From: Alphaproteobacteria bacterium
GTDB lineage: Bacteria > Pseudomonadota > Alphaproteobacteria > UBA7887
Reading direction: 5' to 3'
Assembly (NCBI GenBank): GCA_965200095.1
Contig: OZ241350.1
Coordinates: 1,912,215 to 1,976,214, forward strand
DNA length: 64,000 nucleotides
The notes below the pieces were generated by a model. That model saw only the letters and a list, made by a program, of their open reading frames with translations, was not told the DNA's origin and did not search any database. Numbering within the stretch: the first letter of the stretch is position 1; every line of letters starts with the position of its first letter. Both the position numbers and the translations under genes were made by a program. Below are positions 20,115-31,262 of this stretch, in pieces.

Positions 20115-22194
20115 CCAGAGCGTCGAGCGCCACCGCGCCCCGCGGCAAGACCCGCAACGGATTGATGTCGAGTTCGGCGACGTGGGGGCAGGCGAGAGCG
20201 AGATCGGAAAGCGCCAGCAACACGTCGGCCGCCGCCGCGACATCGACCGCCGGTCGGCCGCGGGCGCCGGCGAGGAGGGGGTAGCCCCGCAACCTCTCGA
20301 TCATCGCCCGGGCCGATTCCCCGTCGAGCGGCGGGACGCCGAGCGCGGTGTCGTCCAGCGCCTCGGCGAAAACGCCGCCCATGCCGACGAGGACGACCGG
20401 CCCGAATACCGGGTCGCGGACGATCCCGGCGATGGTCTCTACCCCGTCGGGCGCCGTCTCGTAGACCCCGCAGCCGGCGATGTCGGCCTGCGGCGCTGCG
20501 CGGCGCGCATTGCCCACGGTTTCGGCGAACGCCGCCCTCACGGCGTCCGCATCGCCGAGTCCGGTCGCCACGGCGCCCGCTTCGGTCTTGTGCGCCAGGT
20601 CGGGGGAGTCGACTTTCAGCACCACGGGGTAGCCCAGCTTCTCCGCCGCCGCGACCGCTGCGTCGGCGTCCGCCGCCAGCGCGCCCGCCGCTACGGGAAC
20701 GCCCGCCGCCGCCACGACCTCGCGTGAACGCCACTCCGACAGGACTCCGCGCGCCGCCCCCGCGAGCGCCGCCGCCGCCGCCGCGGGGCGGGGCTCGCGC
20801 CGGCCCCCGCGACGCTGCCCGCGCGCATAGGAAACCAGCGCATGGGCGGCCGCGACCGCGGCCGCCGGGTCTCTCATGCAGGGGATGCCGCGCTCGCGCA
20901 ACAGCGGCGGCCCGCCGGGGTCGCCATGCATCCACGCGACGATCAGCGGCTTGTCGTTGAGGCGGTTGGCCGCGTCCATCTCGTCGACCAGTTCGGGCGC
21001 GTTGAGCTTCTGCACGCCGAAGAAAGCCAGAGTGATGTCGACATTGTCGTCGCGGACGATATGCGCGAGGTGCGACCCCACGGCGCTCGCATCGGTCAAC
21101 GCCTGGAGCGTGAAGTCCACCGGGTTCCTCGGCGAGGCGAAATCGAACAATTTGTCCGCGATGGCGTCGACCGTCGCGTCGCCGAGCTGCGCGAGGCGCA
21201 GCGAACGCGCTTGCAGCCGGTCGGCGCCGAACACCCCGAGACCGCCCGAATTGGTGAGGATGCCCACCCGGTCGCCCGCCGCCGTCCCCGTGCACAGGGC
21301 GAACGCTTCCACGGCGTCGAGCAGTTCGTCGATGGTGTCGACCTCGACGACGCCCCACTGCGCGAGCGCGGCGCGGTAGATATCGTAGGCGCCCGCCAGG
21401 GCGCCGGTGTGCGAGGCCGCCGCCGCGGCGCTTTCGGCGCTCCGCCCCACCTTGAGCAATACGACAGGCTTGTCGTGCTCCCGCGCCACGCGGGCGGCTT
21501 CGGCGAGCTTGCGCCCGTCGCGCACCCCCTCCAGATAGCCGGCGACGACGCGGATCCGGGGATCCCGCGCCATGAACGCCAGCACGTCGGAGAAGTCGAC
21601 CACCGCCTCGTTGCCGGTGCTTACGACATAGCCGATCCCGACATCGCGCTCCTTGAGCGCGGCGGCGAGGATCCCGGTGAACAGCCCGCTCTGGCTGACG
21701 AAGCCGACCGGCCCGCAGCGCAGCCCGGGGTCCGCCAGCGCGGAATTGAAATTGGCCTGAACCTTGTCGAGGAGGTTGGTCACGCCCTGGCAGTTCGGCC
21801 CGCAGACGAGAGTGCCTTCGCGTTCGGCGAGCGCCGCGAGTTCCGCTTCCAGAGCCTGTCCGGTCTCGCCGGTCTCGCGGAAGCCGCTGGTGTAGATCGT
21901 CACCGCGGGCACGCCCGCCGCCTGGCAGTCGCGCAACGAGTCGAGGACGCCGGCGGCGGGGATGGCGATCACCGCCATGTCCGGGGCTGCGGGAATGTCG
22001 CGCACGCGGGCGTAGCAGGGCGCGCCGTCGATCTCGCTGTGGCGCGGGTTGACGGCGTGAACCGGGCCCGGGAACCCGAACCGGCGCAGCCAGGCGAAGG
22101 GGCGGCCGCCGATGCGGTTCGGGTCGGGCGTCGCGCCGACCACCGCGATCGAGCGCGGCTTGAGCAGCGGCCGCAGATCGCGCAGCGCGCTCAT
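20059..22194 (-). CDS. acetate--CoA ligase (ADP-forming) / NDP-forming acyl-CoA synthetase family protein (711 aa)
   Basis: CoA-binding N-terminus SIAVVGATPDPNRIGG. A succinyl-CoA-synthetase-like alpha domain, then an ATP-grasp region. The start was trimmed from ORF 20059..23067 to MSALRDLRPLLKP. Confidence 0.8.
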   Translation of the reverse strand: MSALRDLRPLLKPRSIAVVGATPDPNRIGGRPFAWLRRFGFPGPVHAVNPRHSEIDGAPCYARVRDIPAAPDMAVIAIPAAGVLDSLRDCQAAGVPAVTIYTSGFRETGETGQALEAELAALAEREGTLVCGPNCQGVTNLLDKVQANFNSALADPGLRCGPVGFVSQSGLFTGILAAALKERDVGIGYVVSTGNEAVVDFSDVLAFMARDPRIRVVAGYLEGVRDGRKLAEAARVAREHDKPVVLLKVGRSAESAAAAASHTGALAGAYDIYRAALAQWGVVEVDTIDELLDAVEAFALCTGTAAGDRVGILTNSGGLGVFGADRLQARSLRLAQLGDATVDAIADKLFDFASPRNPVDFTLQALTDASAVGSHLAHIVRDDNVDITLAFFGVQKLNAPELVDEMDAANRLNDKPLIVAWMHGDPGGPPLLRERGIPCMRDPAAAVAAAHALVSYARGQRRGGRREPRPAAAAAALAGAARGVLSEWRSREVVAAAGVPVAAGALAADADAAVAAAEKLGYPVVLKVDSPDLAHKTEAGAVATGLGDADAVRAAFAETVGNARRAAPQADIAGCGVYETAPDGVETIAGIVRDPVFGPVVLVGMGGVFAEALDDTALGVPPLDGESARAMIERLRGYPLLAGARGRPAVDVAAAADVLLALSDLALACPHVAELDINPLRVLPRGAVALDALVRVEPTPLPASDGRKSAP

Positions 22195-22322
22195 GACGCT
22201 CCCCGACGTCGCGTTTTCCGTGCCGTTCCGCAGATCATGGCGCGCCGGAACCTGCCGCACCGCCGGGCGGCTGTCCAGCGCGCCCTTGAACGGCAATTCT
22301 CGTTTTGGCGACGGCAAAGGCC

Positions 22323-22350
22323 CTTGAAACGCCGCGTCGGCGCCCCATAT
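22323..22350 (+). promoter_or_regulatory. sigma-32 (RpoH) heat-shock promoter
   Basis: CTTGAAA, 13 nt, then CCCCATAT. This matches the sigma32 consensus CTTGAAA-N13-15-CCCCATNT, about 100 nt upstream of hsp20. Confidence 0.55.
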
Positions 22351-22356
22351 GCGTCC

Positions 22357-22446
22357 CGTCGCCGGATGCCGCATCAGGGTCCGGCGGCGACGCCGGGCCG
22401 CGCAACAGCGGGCCCATAACGCATATTGCTCGATGGAGGATATGAC
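22357..22446 (+). promoter_or_regulatory. ROSE-like RNA-thermometer 5' UTR
   Basis: A terminal hairpin CAUAUU(G)CUC-GAUG-GAGGAUAUG at 22422-22445 sequesters the SD GGAGGA. It has a UUGCU motif and a single bulged G, the hallmark of ROSE elements. Confidence 0.45.
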
Positions 22447-22908
22447 ATGCGAGCCTTCGACCTCTCCCCCCTGTTCCGGACCAGCGTCGGCTTCGACCGC
22501 CTCAACCGGATGATGGACGACCTGCAGAACTGGGATTCCGCGCCGAGCTTCCCGCCCTACAACATCGAGAAGCTGAGCGAAGACGCCTACCGGATCAGCA
22601 TGGCGGTGGCCGGGTTCCGGGAGCCGGACCTCGACATCGCGGTGAAGAACAACGTGCTGACGGTGACCGGCCGCATCGCCGAGAACGCGTCGGACGAAAC
22701 CCGCTATCTCCACCGCGGCATCGCGTCGCGGGCGTTCGAACGCCGCTTCCAGCTCGCCGAGCACATCGACGTGACCGGCGCACGGCTCGAACACGGGTTG
22801 CTCCACGTCGATCTGGTGCGCCTGGTGCCCGAGGCGCTGAAGCCGCGCAAGATCGCCATCGGCGGCGCGGCGACGCGCGAGGCGCTCGAGGCCGACAAGG
22901 CCGCGTAG
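22447..22908 (+). CDS. Hsp20/alpha-crystallin family small heat-shock protein (IbpA-like)
   Basis: Alpha-crystallin-domain sequence PPYNIEKLSEDAYRISMAVAGFREPDLDIAVKNNVLTVTG. Confidence 0.8.
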   Translation: MRAFDLSPLFRTSVGFDRLNRMMDDLQNWDSAPSFPPYNIEKLSEDAYRISMAVAGFREPDLDIAVKNNVLTVTGRIAENASDETRYLHRGIASRAFERRFQLAEHIDVTGARLEHGLLHVDLVRLVPEALKPRKIAIGGAATREALEADKAA

Positions 22909-22935
22909 TCCGCAGGCGTTTCCCCGGATATTCAG

Positions 22936-22963
22936 GCGTCGCCCCCGCGGGCGGCGCCTTTCC
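22936..22963. terminator. possible bidirectional hairpin terminator between convergent hsp20 and lolD
   Basis: GC hairpin GTCGCCCCCGCGGGCGGC followed by CCTTTCC. Confidence 0.3.
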
Positions 22964-22966
22964 GCG

Positions 22967-23656
22967 TCAGGGCGCCTCGCTTGCGGCGAGGCGCCCGTCG
23001 CGCAGCGTCGCGATACGGTCCGCCCGCCGCGCGATTTCGGCGTTGTGGGTCGCGACCAGCACCGCAAGGCCGTCTTCCCGCGCCAGGCGCAGCAATTCTT
23101 CGAACACGCGCTCCGACGTCGCGGGGTCGAGATTGCCCGTCGGTTCGTCGGCGAGAAGGACGCGCGGCCGGTTCGCCAGGGCGCGGACCACCGCCACCCG
23201 CTGCTGTTCCCCCCCGGAGAGCTGGCCCGGGCGATGGTCGCGGCGGTCGGCGAGGCCCACCCGCTCCAGCAGGGCCCGCGCGCGCCCGCGCGCTTCGGCC
23301 CGGCGCCGCCGCGCCACCATCTGCGGGAGCATGACGTTCTCTTCCGCCGAGAATTCGGGCAGCAGGTGATGGAACTGATACACGAAGCCCAGCCGGTTGC
23401 GACGGATCGCCGTGCGTTCGGCGTCGCTCAGGCCGCCGCACGCCCGCCCGGCGATCTCCACCTCGCCGGCGTCGGCGCGCTCGAGCAGCCCGGCAATGTG
23501 CAACAGGGTGGATTTCCCCGAACCCGACGGCCCGACCAGGGACACCGTCTCGCCGGCGGAAACCGAAAGAGACGCGCCGCACAGCACTGCGAGGCGCCGC
23601 CCGCCCTGGACGAAATGCCGCTCGATCCCCGCAAAGCGCAGACTCGCGTCACTCAT
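22967..23656 (-). CDS. lolD: lipoprotein-releasing ABC transporter ATP-binding protein LolD
   Basis: Walker [18 protein letters not shown] signature and Walker [12 protein letters not shown]. Confidence 0.8.
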   Translation of the reverse strand: MSDASLRFAGIERHFVQGGRRLAVLCGASLSVSAGETVSLVGPSGSGKSTLLHIAGLLERADAGEVEIAGRACGGLSDAERTAIRRNRLGFVYQFHHLLPEFSAEENVMLPQMVARRRRAEARGRARALLERVGLADRRDHRPGQLSGGEQQRVAVVRALANRPRVLLADEPTGNLDPATSERVFEELLRLAREDGLAVLVATHNAEIARRADRIATLRDGRLAASEAP

Positions 23657-24902
23657 GGCGCAGCGCCTCGACCGGGTCGAGCCGGGCCGCGCGCCACGCC
23701 GGATAGAGCGTCGCGAGGAACGACAGGGCGAGACTCATCGCCCCGATGGCGACGACTTCGCGGAGGTCGACAGAGGCCGGAAGCCGCGACAGATAGTAGA
23801 TTTCCGGGGAGAAGGTCTCGGCGCCCAGCGCGCGCTCCACGAATTCCTGGATCGCCTGGATGTTGGCCGCGAACAACAGGCCCAGCGCGAGTCCCGAGAG
23901 GGTGCCCGCAACCCCGATCGCCGCGCCGGCCAGGACGAAGATGCGCAGGATCGCGCCGCGCGGCGCGCCCATCGTGCGCAGGATCGCGATGCCCTTGCCC
24001 TTGTCGTGCACCAGCATGACCAGACTCGCGACGATGTTGAACGCCGCGATCAACACGATGAGAGTCAGGATCAGGAACATGACGTTGCGCTCGACCGCGA
24101 GCGCGTTTTGCAAATGGCCGTAACGCGATTGCCATGCCGACGCGCGGCCCCGCGGCCCCACGACTTCCGCGATGCGCAGCGCCGCGCGGTCCGCCGCGTC
24201 CGGGTCTTCCACGAAGACCTCGATCGCGTTCACCCGTTCCGGCAGCCGGAAATGCCGCTGCGCCGGCGCGAGCGGCATCAGCACCAGCAAGCGGTCGTAT
24301 TCCGACATGTCGAGATGGAACGTGCCCAGCACCGGATAGGCGCGGGCCCGCGGGATGTGCCCGACGACCGTGGCGCGGCTTTCCGGCGAGATCAGCGTCG
24401 CCGAATCGCCCGGGCCGAGGCCCAGCCGGTTCGCCAGCCCGCGGCCGAGAAGCACGCCGTCGCCGTCGCCGAAGGCCGCCAGCGCCTCCGGCCGGTCGAT
24501 GGCGTCCGCAAGCGCGGCGCGGGCGGCGAGGTCTTGCGCCGACACGCCGCGGACGAGCGCGCCCGCCGTCGCGCGCCCCGTGGCGACCATGACCTGCGCC
24601 TCCACTTGCGGCGTTGCCGCGACGACGCCGTCGACGGAGAGAATCTCGTCCGCGAGGGCGCGGAAATCGGCGATCCCTTCGCCCGCCCGCTCGCCATGGA
24701 CCGTCACGTGACCGTTGATGTTGAGCAGGCGGCTCAACAATTCGATGCGGAAGCCGTTCATCACCGACATGACGACGATCAACACGCCAACGCCGAGTGC
24801 GATGCCGACCAGAGAGAAACCGGCGACGACCGAAATGAAGCCTTCGCGCCGCCGCGCGCGCAGATAGCGCCACGCGATCCAGCGCTCGAACGCCGACAGC
24901 AC
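23649..24902 (-). CDS. lolC: lipoprotein-releasing ABC transporter permease LolC/LolE (FtsX-like)
   Basis: [39 protein letters not shown]-terminus with 4-TM FtsX architecture. The gene end overlaps the lolD start. Confidence 0.8.
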   Translation of the reverse strand: MLSAFERWIAWRYLRARRREGFISVVAGFSLVGIALGVGVLIVVMSVMNGFRIELLSRLLNINGHVTVHGERAGEGIADFRALADEILSVDGVVAATPQVEAQVMVATGRATAGALVRGVSAQDLAARAALADAIDRPEALAAFGDGDGVLLGRGLANRLGLGPGDSATLISPESRATVVGHIPRARAYPVLGTFHLDMSEYDRLLVLMPLAPAQRHFRLPERVNAIEVFVEDPDAADRAALRIAEVVGPRGRASAWQSRYGHLQNALAVERNVMFLILTLIVLIAAFNIVASLVMLVHDKGKGIAILRTMGAPRGAILRIFVLAGAAIGVAGTLSGLALGLLFAANIQAIQEFVERALGAETFSPEIYYLSRLPASVDLREVVAIGAMSLALSFLATLYPAWRAARLDPVEALRHE

Positions 24903-24906
24903 CGGT

Positions 24907-26238
24907 TCAGCCGCGCAGACGCGCGACAGCCGCCTCCGGCGGCAGGTTCTCGACCTCTCCCGAGCGCCGCGACCGCAATTCGACGACGCCCCTCGCGAGG
25001 CCCCGCGGCCCGACGACGAGCCGCCACGGCAAGCCGATGAGATCGGCTGTCGCGAATTTCACGCCGGCGCGCTCGTCGCGGTCGTCGACGAGCACGGAAA
25101 CGCCCGCCGCCGCCAGTTCGGAGACCAGCGATTCGCACGCTTCGGCGCATGCCGCGTCGCCGGCCTTGATGTTGATCGCGCCGACCTTGAAGGGGGCCAC
25201 GCTTTCGGGCCACACGATGCCCGCATCGTCGTGCGACGCCTCGACGATGGCGCCCACCAGCCGCGAGACGCCGATGCCGTAGGAGCCCATCTCGACATCG
25301 ACGGGCTCGCCGTCCGGTCCCGCAACCCGGGCGCCGAGGGCCGACGAGTATTTGGCGCCGAAATAGAAGATGTGGCCGACCTCGATACCGCGCGCCCGGG
25401 TGCGATGTTCGGGGGCGAGCGCCGCGAACGCCGCCTCGTCGTGCCGTTCGTCCGCCGCCGCGTAAAACGCCGTGTAGCGGTCGACAAGTGGTTGAAGGTC
25501 GGAGCCGTAGTCCACCTCGCCGGGCGCGCCGAGCTCGAGCAGGCGCGAATCGCAATGCACCTCGCTTTCGCCGGTTTCGGCGAGGACGGCGAATTCGTGG
25601 CTCATGTCGCCGCCAATCGGTCCGGCGTCGGCGCGCATCGGCACGGCCTTCAGCCCCAGCCGCGCGAAGGTCCGCAGGTAGGCGACGAACATGCGGTTGT
25701 AGGACCGCCGCGCGCCGGCGACATCGAGATCGAAGGAATAATTGTCCTTCATCAGAAATTCGCGTCCGCGCATGACCCCGAAACGCGGGCGCACCTCGTC
25801 GCGGAACTTCCACTGAATCTGATACAGGTTCTTCGGCAAGTCACGATAGCTGCGCACGGTATGGCGGAATATGTCGGTGACAACCTCCTCATGCGTCGGC
25901 CCGAACACCATGTCGCGGTCATGGCGGTCGGCGAAGCGCAGCATCTCGCGGCCGTAATCGTCGTAGCGCCCGCTTTCGCGCCACAGATCCGCCGGCTGGA
26001 CGGCCGGCATGAGCATCTCCTGGCACCCGGCGGCGTCCATCTCGTCGCGCACGATGCGTTCGACGTTGCGCAGGACGGCGTGCCCGAACGGCAGCCAGCT
26101 GTAAATTCCAGCGCTCGACCGGTGGATCATGCCGGCCCGCAGCATCAGCCGGTGCGACGCCGTCTGCGCCTCCGCCGGCGTTTCCTTCAGCGTCGGCAGA
26201 AAATAACCGGAGAGCCGCGCAATGCGCGCTTTCGACAT
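24907..26238 (-). CDS. proS: proline--tRNA ligase (alphaproteobacterial short type)
   Basis: [32 protein letters not shown]-terminus and class II aaRS motifs. Confidence 0.9.
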   Translation of the reverse strand: MSKARIARLSGYFLPTLKETPAEAQTASHRLMLRAGMIHRSSAGIYSWLPFGHAVLRNVERIVRDEMDAAGCQEMLMPAVQPADLWRESGRYDDYGREMLRFADRHDRDMVFGPTHEEVVTDIFRHTVRSYRDLPKNLYQIQWKFRDEVRPRFGVMRGREFLMKDNYSFDLDVAGARRSYNRMFVAYLRTFARLGLKAVPMRADAGPIGGDMSHEFAVLAETGESEVHCDSRLLELGAPGEVDYGSDLQPLVDRYTAFYAAADERHDEAAFAALAPEHRTRARGIEVGHIFYFGAKYSSALGARVAGPDGEPVDVEMGSYGIGVSRLVGAIVEASHDDAGIVWPESVAPFKVGAINIKAGDAACAEACESLVSELAAAGVSVLVDDRDERAGVKFATADLIGLPWRLVVGPRGLARGVVELRSRRSGEVENLPPEAAVARLRG

Positions 26239-26510
26239 GTCGCGTCGCCCCCGCCGTCGGTCGCTTGCCGCCCGCGGTTCCGGCGAACCGGAAAGGGAGG
26301 CCGCCGCACTCTATGAAAGCGCCCCGGCCGTGGCAACGGACTGTCCCGGTTCGCCGGCGACGCTCGCTACGGCGATGGACGTCGCTCCCGGGGGGCGACC
26401 GCGACCGGTTCGCTGCGCCGTAGCGAAGGCCATCGCCGGATGCTTGCGGACGTGGCGGCGCGCAACCGGGGATGATACAGGTCATCGGCGCCTGCGCAGG
26501 GGAAACCGCG

Positions 26511-26981
26511 ATGTCGGATATCGACTACGAAGCCGCGACGCTGACCATCCGCGAATGGACGCTATGGGTTGCCGCTGCGTCGCTGGTCGTTTCCGCCGTC
26601 GTCGGCGGTCTCCAGTGTTTTCTTATCTGGCGCGGTCTTGTCATCATGCGCCGCGCTGCCGACACGCGCGACCGGGCGCTTGAGAACCAGCGCCGCGAAT
26701 CCGACCAGCGCCACGCCGAAGCCATGAAGGCGGGCGCGGAACGCCATGCCGAAGCCATGCAGGCCAGCTCCGACGCCATGAAGGCCGGCGCCGAACGCCA
26801 CGCCGAGGCCATGAAGGCGAGCGCCGACGCCATGAAGGCCGGCGCCGAACGCCACGCCGAGAACATGGCGGCGCTCGGGGCGCAATCCCGCGCCCTCGAC
26901 GCTCTCATCGAGGGGCATCGCGCGCAGACCGCCAGCCTCGAAACCCTGATCGAACGCACCGCGCCGGGGGCGGGCCGGTAA
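26511..26981 (+). CDS. membrane-anchored repeat protein (N-terminal TM, then 11-residue AMKAGAERHAE repeats), copy 1
   Basis: MSDIDYEAATLTIREW, then TM segment LWVAAASLVVSAVVGGLQCFLIW, then HAEAMKAGAER-type repeats. No family recognised. Confidence 0.5.
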   Translation: MSDIDYEAATLTIREWTLWVAAASLVVSAVVGGLQCFLIWRGLVIMRRAADTRDRALENQRRESDQRHAEAMKAGAERHAEAMQASSDAMKAGAERHAEAMKASADAMKAGAERHAENMAALGAQSRALDALIEGHRAQTASLETLIERTAPGAGR

Positions 26982-27338
26982 CCGGAGCGGCCGGCCGCGC
27001 CATTGTCGAATCCGCGCGTCGCCAGGCGGATTCCGGGTGCGACGATGTCGGCGCGCAAGGCGGCAGCGCCCGTGTCGAGGTCCGTCTCTGTGGCGAGCGC
27101 GTCGAACGGAAGCCGCTCCGTTCATGCGACGACAGCCCGAGGGTCGCCGGCAAGCCGGTGCGCCCGCGTTCGGGAACGGAGCCGGCGGCGCTCGCTACGG
27201 CGATGGACGTCGCTCCCGGGGGGCGACCGCGACCGGTTCGCTGCGCCGTAGCGAAGGCCATCGCCGGATGCTTGCGGACGTGGCGGCGCGCAACCGGGGA
27301 TGATACAGGTCATCGGCGCCTGCGCAGGGGAAACCGCG

Positions 27339-27863
27339 ATGTCGGATATCGACTACGAAGCCGCGACGCTGACCATCCGCGAGTGGACGCTGTGGGTCGC
27401 CGCTGCGTCGCTGGTCGTTTCCGCCGTCGTCGGCGGTCTCCAGTGTTTTCTTATCTGGCGCGGTCTCGTCATCATGCGCCGCGCTGCCGACACGCGCGAC
27501 CGGGCGCTTGAGAACCAGCGCCGCGAATCCGACCAGCGCCACGCCGAAGCCATGAGGGCCGGCGCGGAACGCCACGCCGAAGCCATGAAGGCCAGCTCCG
27601 ACGCCATGAAGGCCGGCGCGGAACGCCACGCCGAAGCCATGCAGGCGAGCGCCGACGCCATGAAGGCCGGCGCCGAACGCCATGCCGAAGCCATGCAGGC
27701 GAGCGCCGACGCCATGAAGGCCGGCGCCGAACGCCACGCCGAGAACATGGCGGCGCTCGGAGCGCAATCCCGCGCGCTCGACGCTCTCATCGAGGGGAAC
27801 CGCGCGCAGACCGCCAGCCTCGAAACCCTGATCGAACGCACCGCGCCGGGAGCGAGCCGGTAA
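27339..27863 (+). CDS. membrane-anchored repeat protein, copy 2 (one extra repeat block)
   Basis: Near-identical paralog of 26511..26981 with an additional RHAEAMQASADAMKAGAE block. Confidence 0.5.
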   Translation: MSDIDYEAATLTIREWTLWVAAASLVVSAVVGGLQCFLIWRGLVIMRRAADTRDRALENQRRESDQRHAEAMRAGAERHAEAMKASSDAMKAGAERHAEAMQASADAMKAGAERHAEAMQASADAMKAGAERHAENMAALGAQSRALDALIEGNRAQTASLETLIERTAPGASR

Positions 27864-27908
27864 CCGGAGCGATCGGCCGCGCCATCGTCAAGCCCGCGCC
27901 GGCGCCAT

Positions 27909-28000
27909 CGGCAATTCTCATTTTGGCCCATGGCGCCGCGGCGGGTTGGTTGCGGTCGCTCCCAGGGGGCAACGTCCATCGCCAAAACGAGAATCGATGC
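27909..28000. mobile_element. MITE-like element with terminal inverted repeats GGCAATTCTCATTTTGGC / GCCAAAACGAGAATCG
   Basis: Same family as the element at 56383-56465. A partial copy lies at 22289-22310 and a right-end copy at 28151-28167. Confidence 0.55.
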
Positions 28001-28189
28001 GCCGCCATGTCAAGGCCGGCGCGGGTCGGCGAGACGCCCCCGCATCCGCCGGGGCAGGCTCGCTCCCGAGGATAACCGAAGCCGATCCGCCGTGTCGCAG
28101 TAAAGCCCGTCGCCGGATGCTCATCGAGCTGGAGGCGCGTCGCCGCAGCCCGAAACGAGAATCGCCGCAACCCCGGGGCGTCGGGCGGC

Positions 28190-29446
28190 TCAGGTCGCCG
28201 GGCGGACCAGAACGTGTCGCTTGCGGCCCGCCGATAATTTGATCGTCCCGTCCGCCGAAACGTCCGCATCGCTCACCGTCCGCTCTTCCGACGCGATCGC
28301 GACGCCGTTCACGCGGGCGCCGCCGCCGCGGATCAGGCGCCGCGCCTCGGCGTTCGACGCGCACAGGCCGGCGATGCGGAAGAGCCGGAAGGCGGTCACG
28401 CCGGCCGCGAGTTCGGCCCGGTCCACGGCGACCGAGGGGAGGGCGTCGCCATGCGCGCCGTCGTCGAACGTCCGCCGCGCCGTTTCCGCCGCCGCCCGCG
28501 CCGCGTCCGCGCCGTGGCGCAAGGTCGTCGCCGCGTCGGCGAGGGTTTTCTTGGCCTCGTTGATCTCGCGTCCCTCCAGCCGCTCGAGCTGCGCGATCTC
28601 CTCAAGCGGCAGGTCGGTGAACAGGCGCAGGAAGCGGCCCACGTCGGAATCCTCGGTGTTGCGCCAGAACTGCCAGTAGTCCCAGGGCGACAGGCGGTCG
28701 GCGTTGAGCCATACGGCGCCCTCGGCCGTCTTGCCCATCTTGGCGCCGGAAGCGGTCTCGATCAGCGGCGCCGTAAGGCCGAACAGCGCCCGGCCGTCGA
28801 CCCGTCTCGCGAGTTCGACGCCGGCGACGATGTTCCCCCACTGGTCCGACCCGCCCATCTGCAGCACGCAGCCGCGCCGCCGCGCCAGTTCGAGGAAATC
28901 GTAAGCCTGGAGCACCATATAGTTGAATTCGAGGAAACTGAGCGGCTGTTCGCGGTCGAGACGCCGCTTCACCGAGTCCGACGCCAACATGCGGTTGACC
29001 GAGAAGAACCGCCCGTAATCGCGCAAAAAATCAAGATAATCCAGATTCGCAAGCCAGTCCGCATTATCGACCAGAACGGCGTCCGACGGCCCGTCTCCGA
29101 ATTTCAGAAACGACTCGAATATCCCCTGTATAGAGCGTTTGTTCTTTTCGATAATTTCGTCGGACAGCATCTGCCGCGACGAATCGCGCCCCGACGGGTC
29201 GCCGATCCGCGTGGTGCCGCCGCCGAGCAGCACGATCGGCTTGTGGCCGGTCTGTTGCAGCCGCCGCAGAAGCATGATCTGCACCAGGCTGCCGACGTGG
29301 AGGCTGTCGGCGGTGGCGTCGAATCCGATATATGCGGTGATCGCCCCGTCGGCGGCGGCGCGGTCCAGGGAGTCGATATGGGTGCACTGATGCACATACC
29401 CCCGCGCCGTCAGCGCGCGGAGGAACGCGGATCGCGGTTCGGGCAT
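28190..29446 (-). CDS. tyrS: tyrosine--tRNA ligase
   Basis: HVGSL (HIGH-type) and KMGKT (KMSKS) motifs. C-terminal S4-like domain. Confidence 0.9.
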   Translation of the reverse strand: MPEPRSAFLRALTARGYVHQCTHIDSLDRAAADGAITAYIGFDATADSLHVGSLVQIMLLRRLQQTGHKPIVLLGGGTTRIGDPSGRDSSRQMLSDEIIEKNKRSIQGIFESFLKFGDGPSDAVLVDNADWLANLDYLDFLRDYGRFFSVNRMLASDSVKRRLDREQPLSFLEFNYMVLQAYDFLELARRRGCVLQMGGSDQWGNIVAGVELARRVDGRALFGLTAPLIETASGAKMGKTAEGAVWLNADRLSPWDYWQFWRNTEDSDVGRFLRLFTDLPLEEIAQLERLEGREINEAKKTLADAATTLRHGADAARAAAETARRTFDDGAHGDALPSVAVDRAELAAGVTAFRLFRIAGLCASNAEARRLIRGGGARVNGVAIASEERTVSDADVSADGTIKLSAGRKRHVLVRPAT

Positions 29447-29520
29447 GGTCCGGCTTCGGCAGGGGGCGGGCGCGCGCCGGTTAGCACGCCGCGGCGGCGC
29501 CCGGCAACCGGGAGCGACAG

Positions 29521-30648
29521 GTGATCCGGGCGATCGGGCTGATGAGCGGGACTTCGGCCGACGGGGTGGACGCCGCCGCCGTCGAGACCGACGGGCGGGG
29601 CCGCGTCGTTCGCGGCCCGTGGCTCACGGTCGCCTACGACTCCGCCCTCCGCCGCCGCCTGCAGGCGCTCGACCCCGGCAACGCCGCCGCCCTGCGCGCC
29701 GTGGAGAGCGACATGACCGAGGTCCACATCGCCGCCGTCGCCTCGCTGTCGGCGCGCCTCGACCGTCCGGCGTCGGTTGTCGGCTTCCACGGCCACACGG
29801 TCCATCACGACCCGGACCGCGGAGTCACGCGGCAGATCGGCGACGCGGCGCGGCTGGCGGCGGCGTGCGGAGTCGATGTCGTCGCCGATTTCCGCAGCGC
29901 CGATATCGCCGCAGGCGGGCAGGGCGCGCCGCTTGCGCCGCTTTATCACGCGGCGCTTGCCGCCGGTCTCGAAAAGCCTATCGCAGTCCTCAATCTCGGC
30001 GGCGTCGCCAATGTGACCTGGCTCGACGGCGCGCCGTCCCCCGACGCCGGAGCGGGGGACATCCGCGCCTTCGACACCGGCCCCGGCAATGCGCTGCTCG
30101 ACGACTGGGCGCAACGCCGCACCGGCGCGCCCCTGGACCGCGACGGGCGGCTCGCCGCCGCCGGCGCCGTCGACGAAAGCCGCCTCGGGGCGCTGATGGC
30201 CGACCCCTGGTTCGCGACGCCGCCGCCGAAATCGCTCGACCGCAACCGTTTCGCCCCGCGCGCCGCCCGCGCCCTCGACGGGCTTTCGCCGGCCGACGGC
30301 GCGGCGACCCTCGTGGCGTTCACCGCCGCCGCCGTCGCCGCCGCGCGCGACCGTCTGCCGCGGGCGCCGGCACGGTGGCTGGCGTGCGGCGGCGGGCGGC
30401 GCAACCCGGTGTTGATGGAGGCGCTCCGTCGCCGCCTCGGCGCCCCTGTGGATCCCGTCGAGGCGGTGGGATGGGAAGGCGACGCGCTGGAGGCTCAGGC
30501 CTTCGCCTGGCTCGCCGTGCGCAGCCTTCGCGGCCTGCCTCTCAGCCTGCCGGACACCACCGGCGTCGCCGCGCCCTGCCGCGGCGGACGGACTTTCCCG
30601 GCCCCTCAGCCGGCGGCCGGAAGCGCGTCCAGACGCTCCCGCACATAG
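29521..30648 (+). CDS. anmK: anhydro-N-acetylmuramic acid kinase
   Basis: [20 protein letters not shown]-terminal signature. Confidence 0.85.
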   Translation: MIRAIGLMSGTSADGVDAAAVETDGRGRVVRGPWLTVAYDSALRRRLQALDPGNAAALRAVESDMTEVHIAAVASLSARLDRPASVVGFHGHTVHHDPDRGVTRQIGDAARLAAACGVDVVADFRSADIAAGGQGAPLAPLYHAALAAGLEKPIAVLNLGGVANVTWLDGAPSPDAGAGDIRAFDTGPGNALLDDWAQRRTGAPLDRDGRLAAAGAVDESRLGALMADPWFATPPPKSLDRNRFAPRAARALDGLSPADGAATLVAFTAAAVAAARDRLPRAPARWLACGGGRRNPVLMEALRRRLGAPVDPVEAVGWEGDALEAQAFAWLAVRSLRGLPLSLPDTTGVAAPCRGGRTFPAPQPAAGSASRRSRT

Positions 30649-31262
30649 CCTCCGACGAGCGCCGCGAGCGTGTCGAGTTCGCCTTCGAAGAAATGGTCCG
30701 CGGTCTCCACGAGACGGTGGTCGATCTCCACGCCGCGCTGGCGCGACAGCCGATCCGCGAGTTCCTTCACCGTCTCCGCCGGGACGACGGTATCGGCGGC
30801 GCCGTGGACGATCTGGCCCGATACGGGGCAGGGGGCGAGAAACGAGAAGTCGTGTGTGTTGGCCGGCGGCGCGACGGCCACGAAGCCGCCGACCTCCGGC
30901 CGCCGCATGAGCAGCTGCATGGCGATCCACGAACCGAACGAGAAACCGCCGATCCAGCAGGCGCGCGCGTCCGGGTTGTGGCCCTGGAGCCAGTCCAGCG
31001 CCGAGGCGGCGTCGCTCAACTCCCCCACGCCTTCGTCGTAGCGCCCCTCGCTCCGCCCGACGCCGCGGAAATTGAAGCGCAACGCCGAAAAGCCCAGCCG
31101 CGCGAAGACGCGGAACAGCGTATAGACGACCTTGTTGTTCATGCTGCCGCCATATTGCGGATGGGGGTGCAGCAGCAGCGCGACCGGCGGGTGGTCCGGC
31201 CCGCCGTGCTGGTAGCGGCCTTCCAGCCGCCCTTCCGGGCCATTGAAAACGATCTCGGGCAC
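30606..31262 (-). CDS. alpha/beta-fold hydrolase
   Basis: GFSFGSW nucleophile-elbow-like motif. Its 3' end overlaps anmK by ~43 nt (convergent). Confidence 0.55.
   Translation of the reverse strand: MPEIVFNGPEGRLEGRYQHGGPDHPPVALLLHPHPQYGGSMNNKVVYTLFRVFARLGFSALRFNFRGVGRSEGRYDEGVGELSDAASALDWLQGHNPDARACWIGGFSFGSWIAMQLLMRRPEVGGFVAVAPPANTHDFSFLAPCPVSGQIVHGAADTVVPAETVKELADRLSRQRGVEIDHRLVETADHFFEGELDTLAALVGGYVRERLDALPAAG

Larger units (their letters stand above)
26290..27950. repeat. tandem duplication (two ~830-bp units), each carrying a palindromic REP-like element and one gene
   Basis: 26300-26510 is near-identical to 27130-27340, including the stem-loop CTACGGCGATGGACGTCGCTCCCGGGGGGCGACCGCGACCGGTTCGCTGCGCCGTAG. 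The two coding regions differ by one 18-aa repeat block. Confidence 0.8.

Noticed and set aside
22289-22350. Whether the CTTGAAA/CCCCATAT match is just part of the MITE end found at 22289-22310
   Set aside because: The MITE-like similarity ends about 12 nt before the -35 element. The sigma32 match (both hexamers plus 13-nt spacing) stands on its own, so it is kept as a promoter call, with the element overlap noted.
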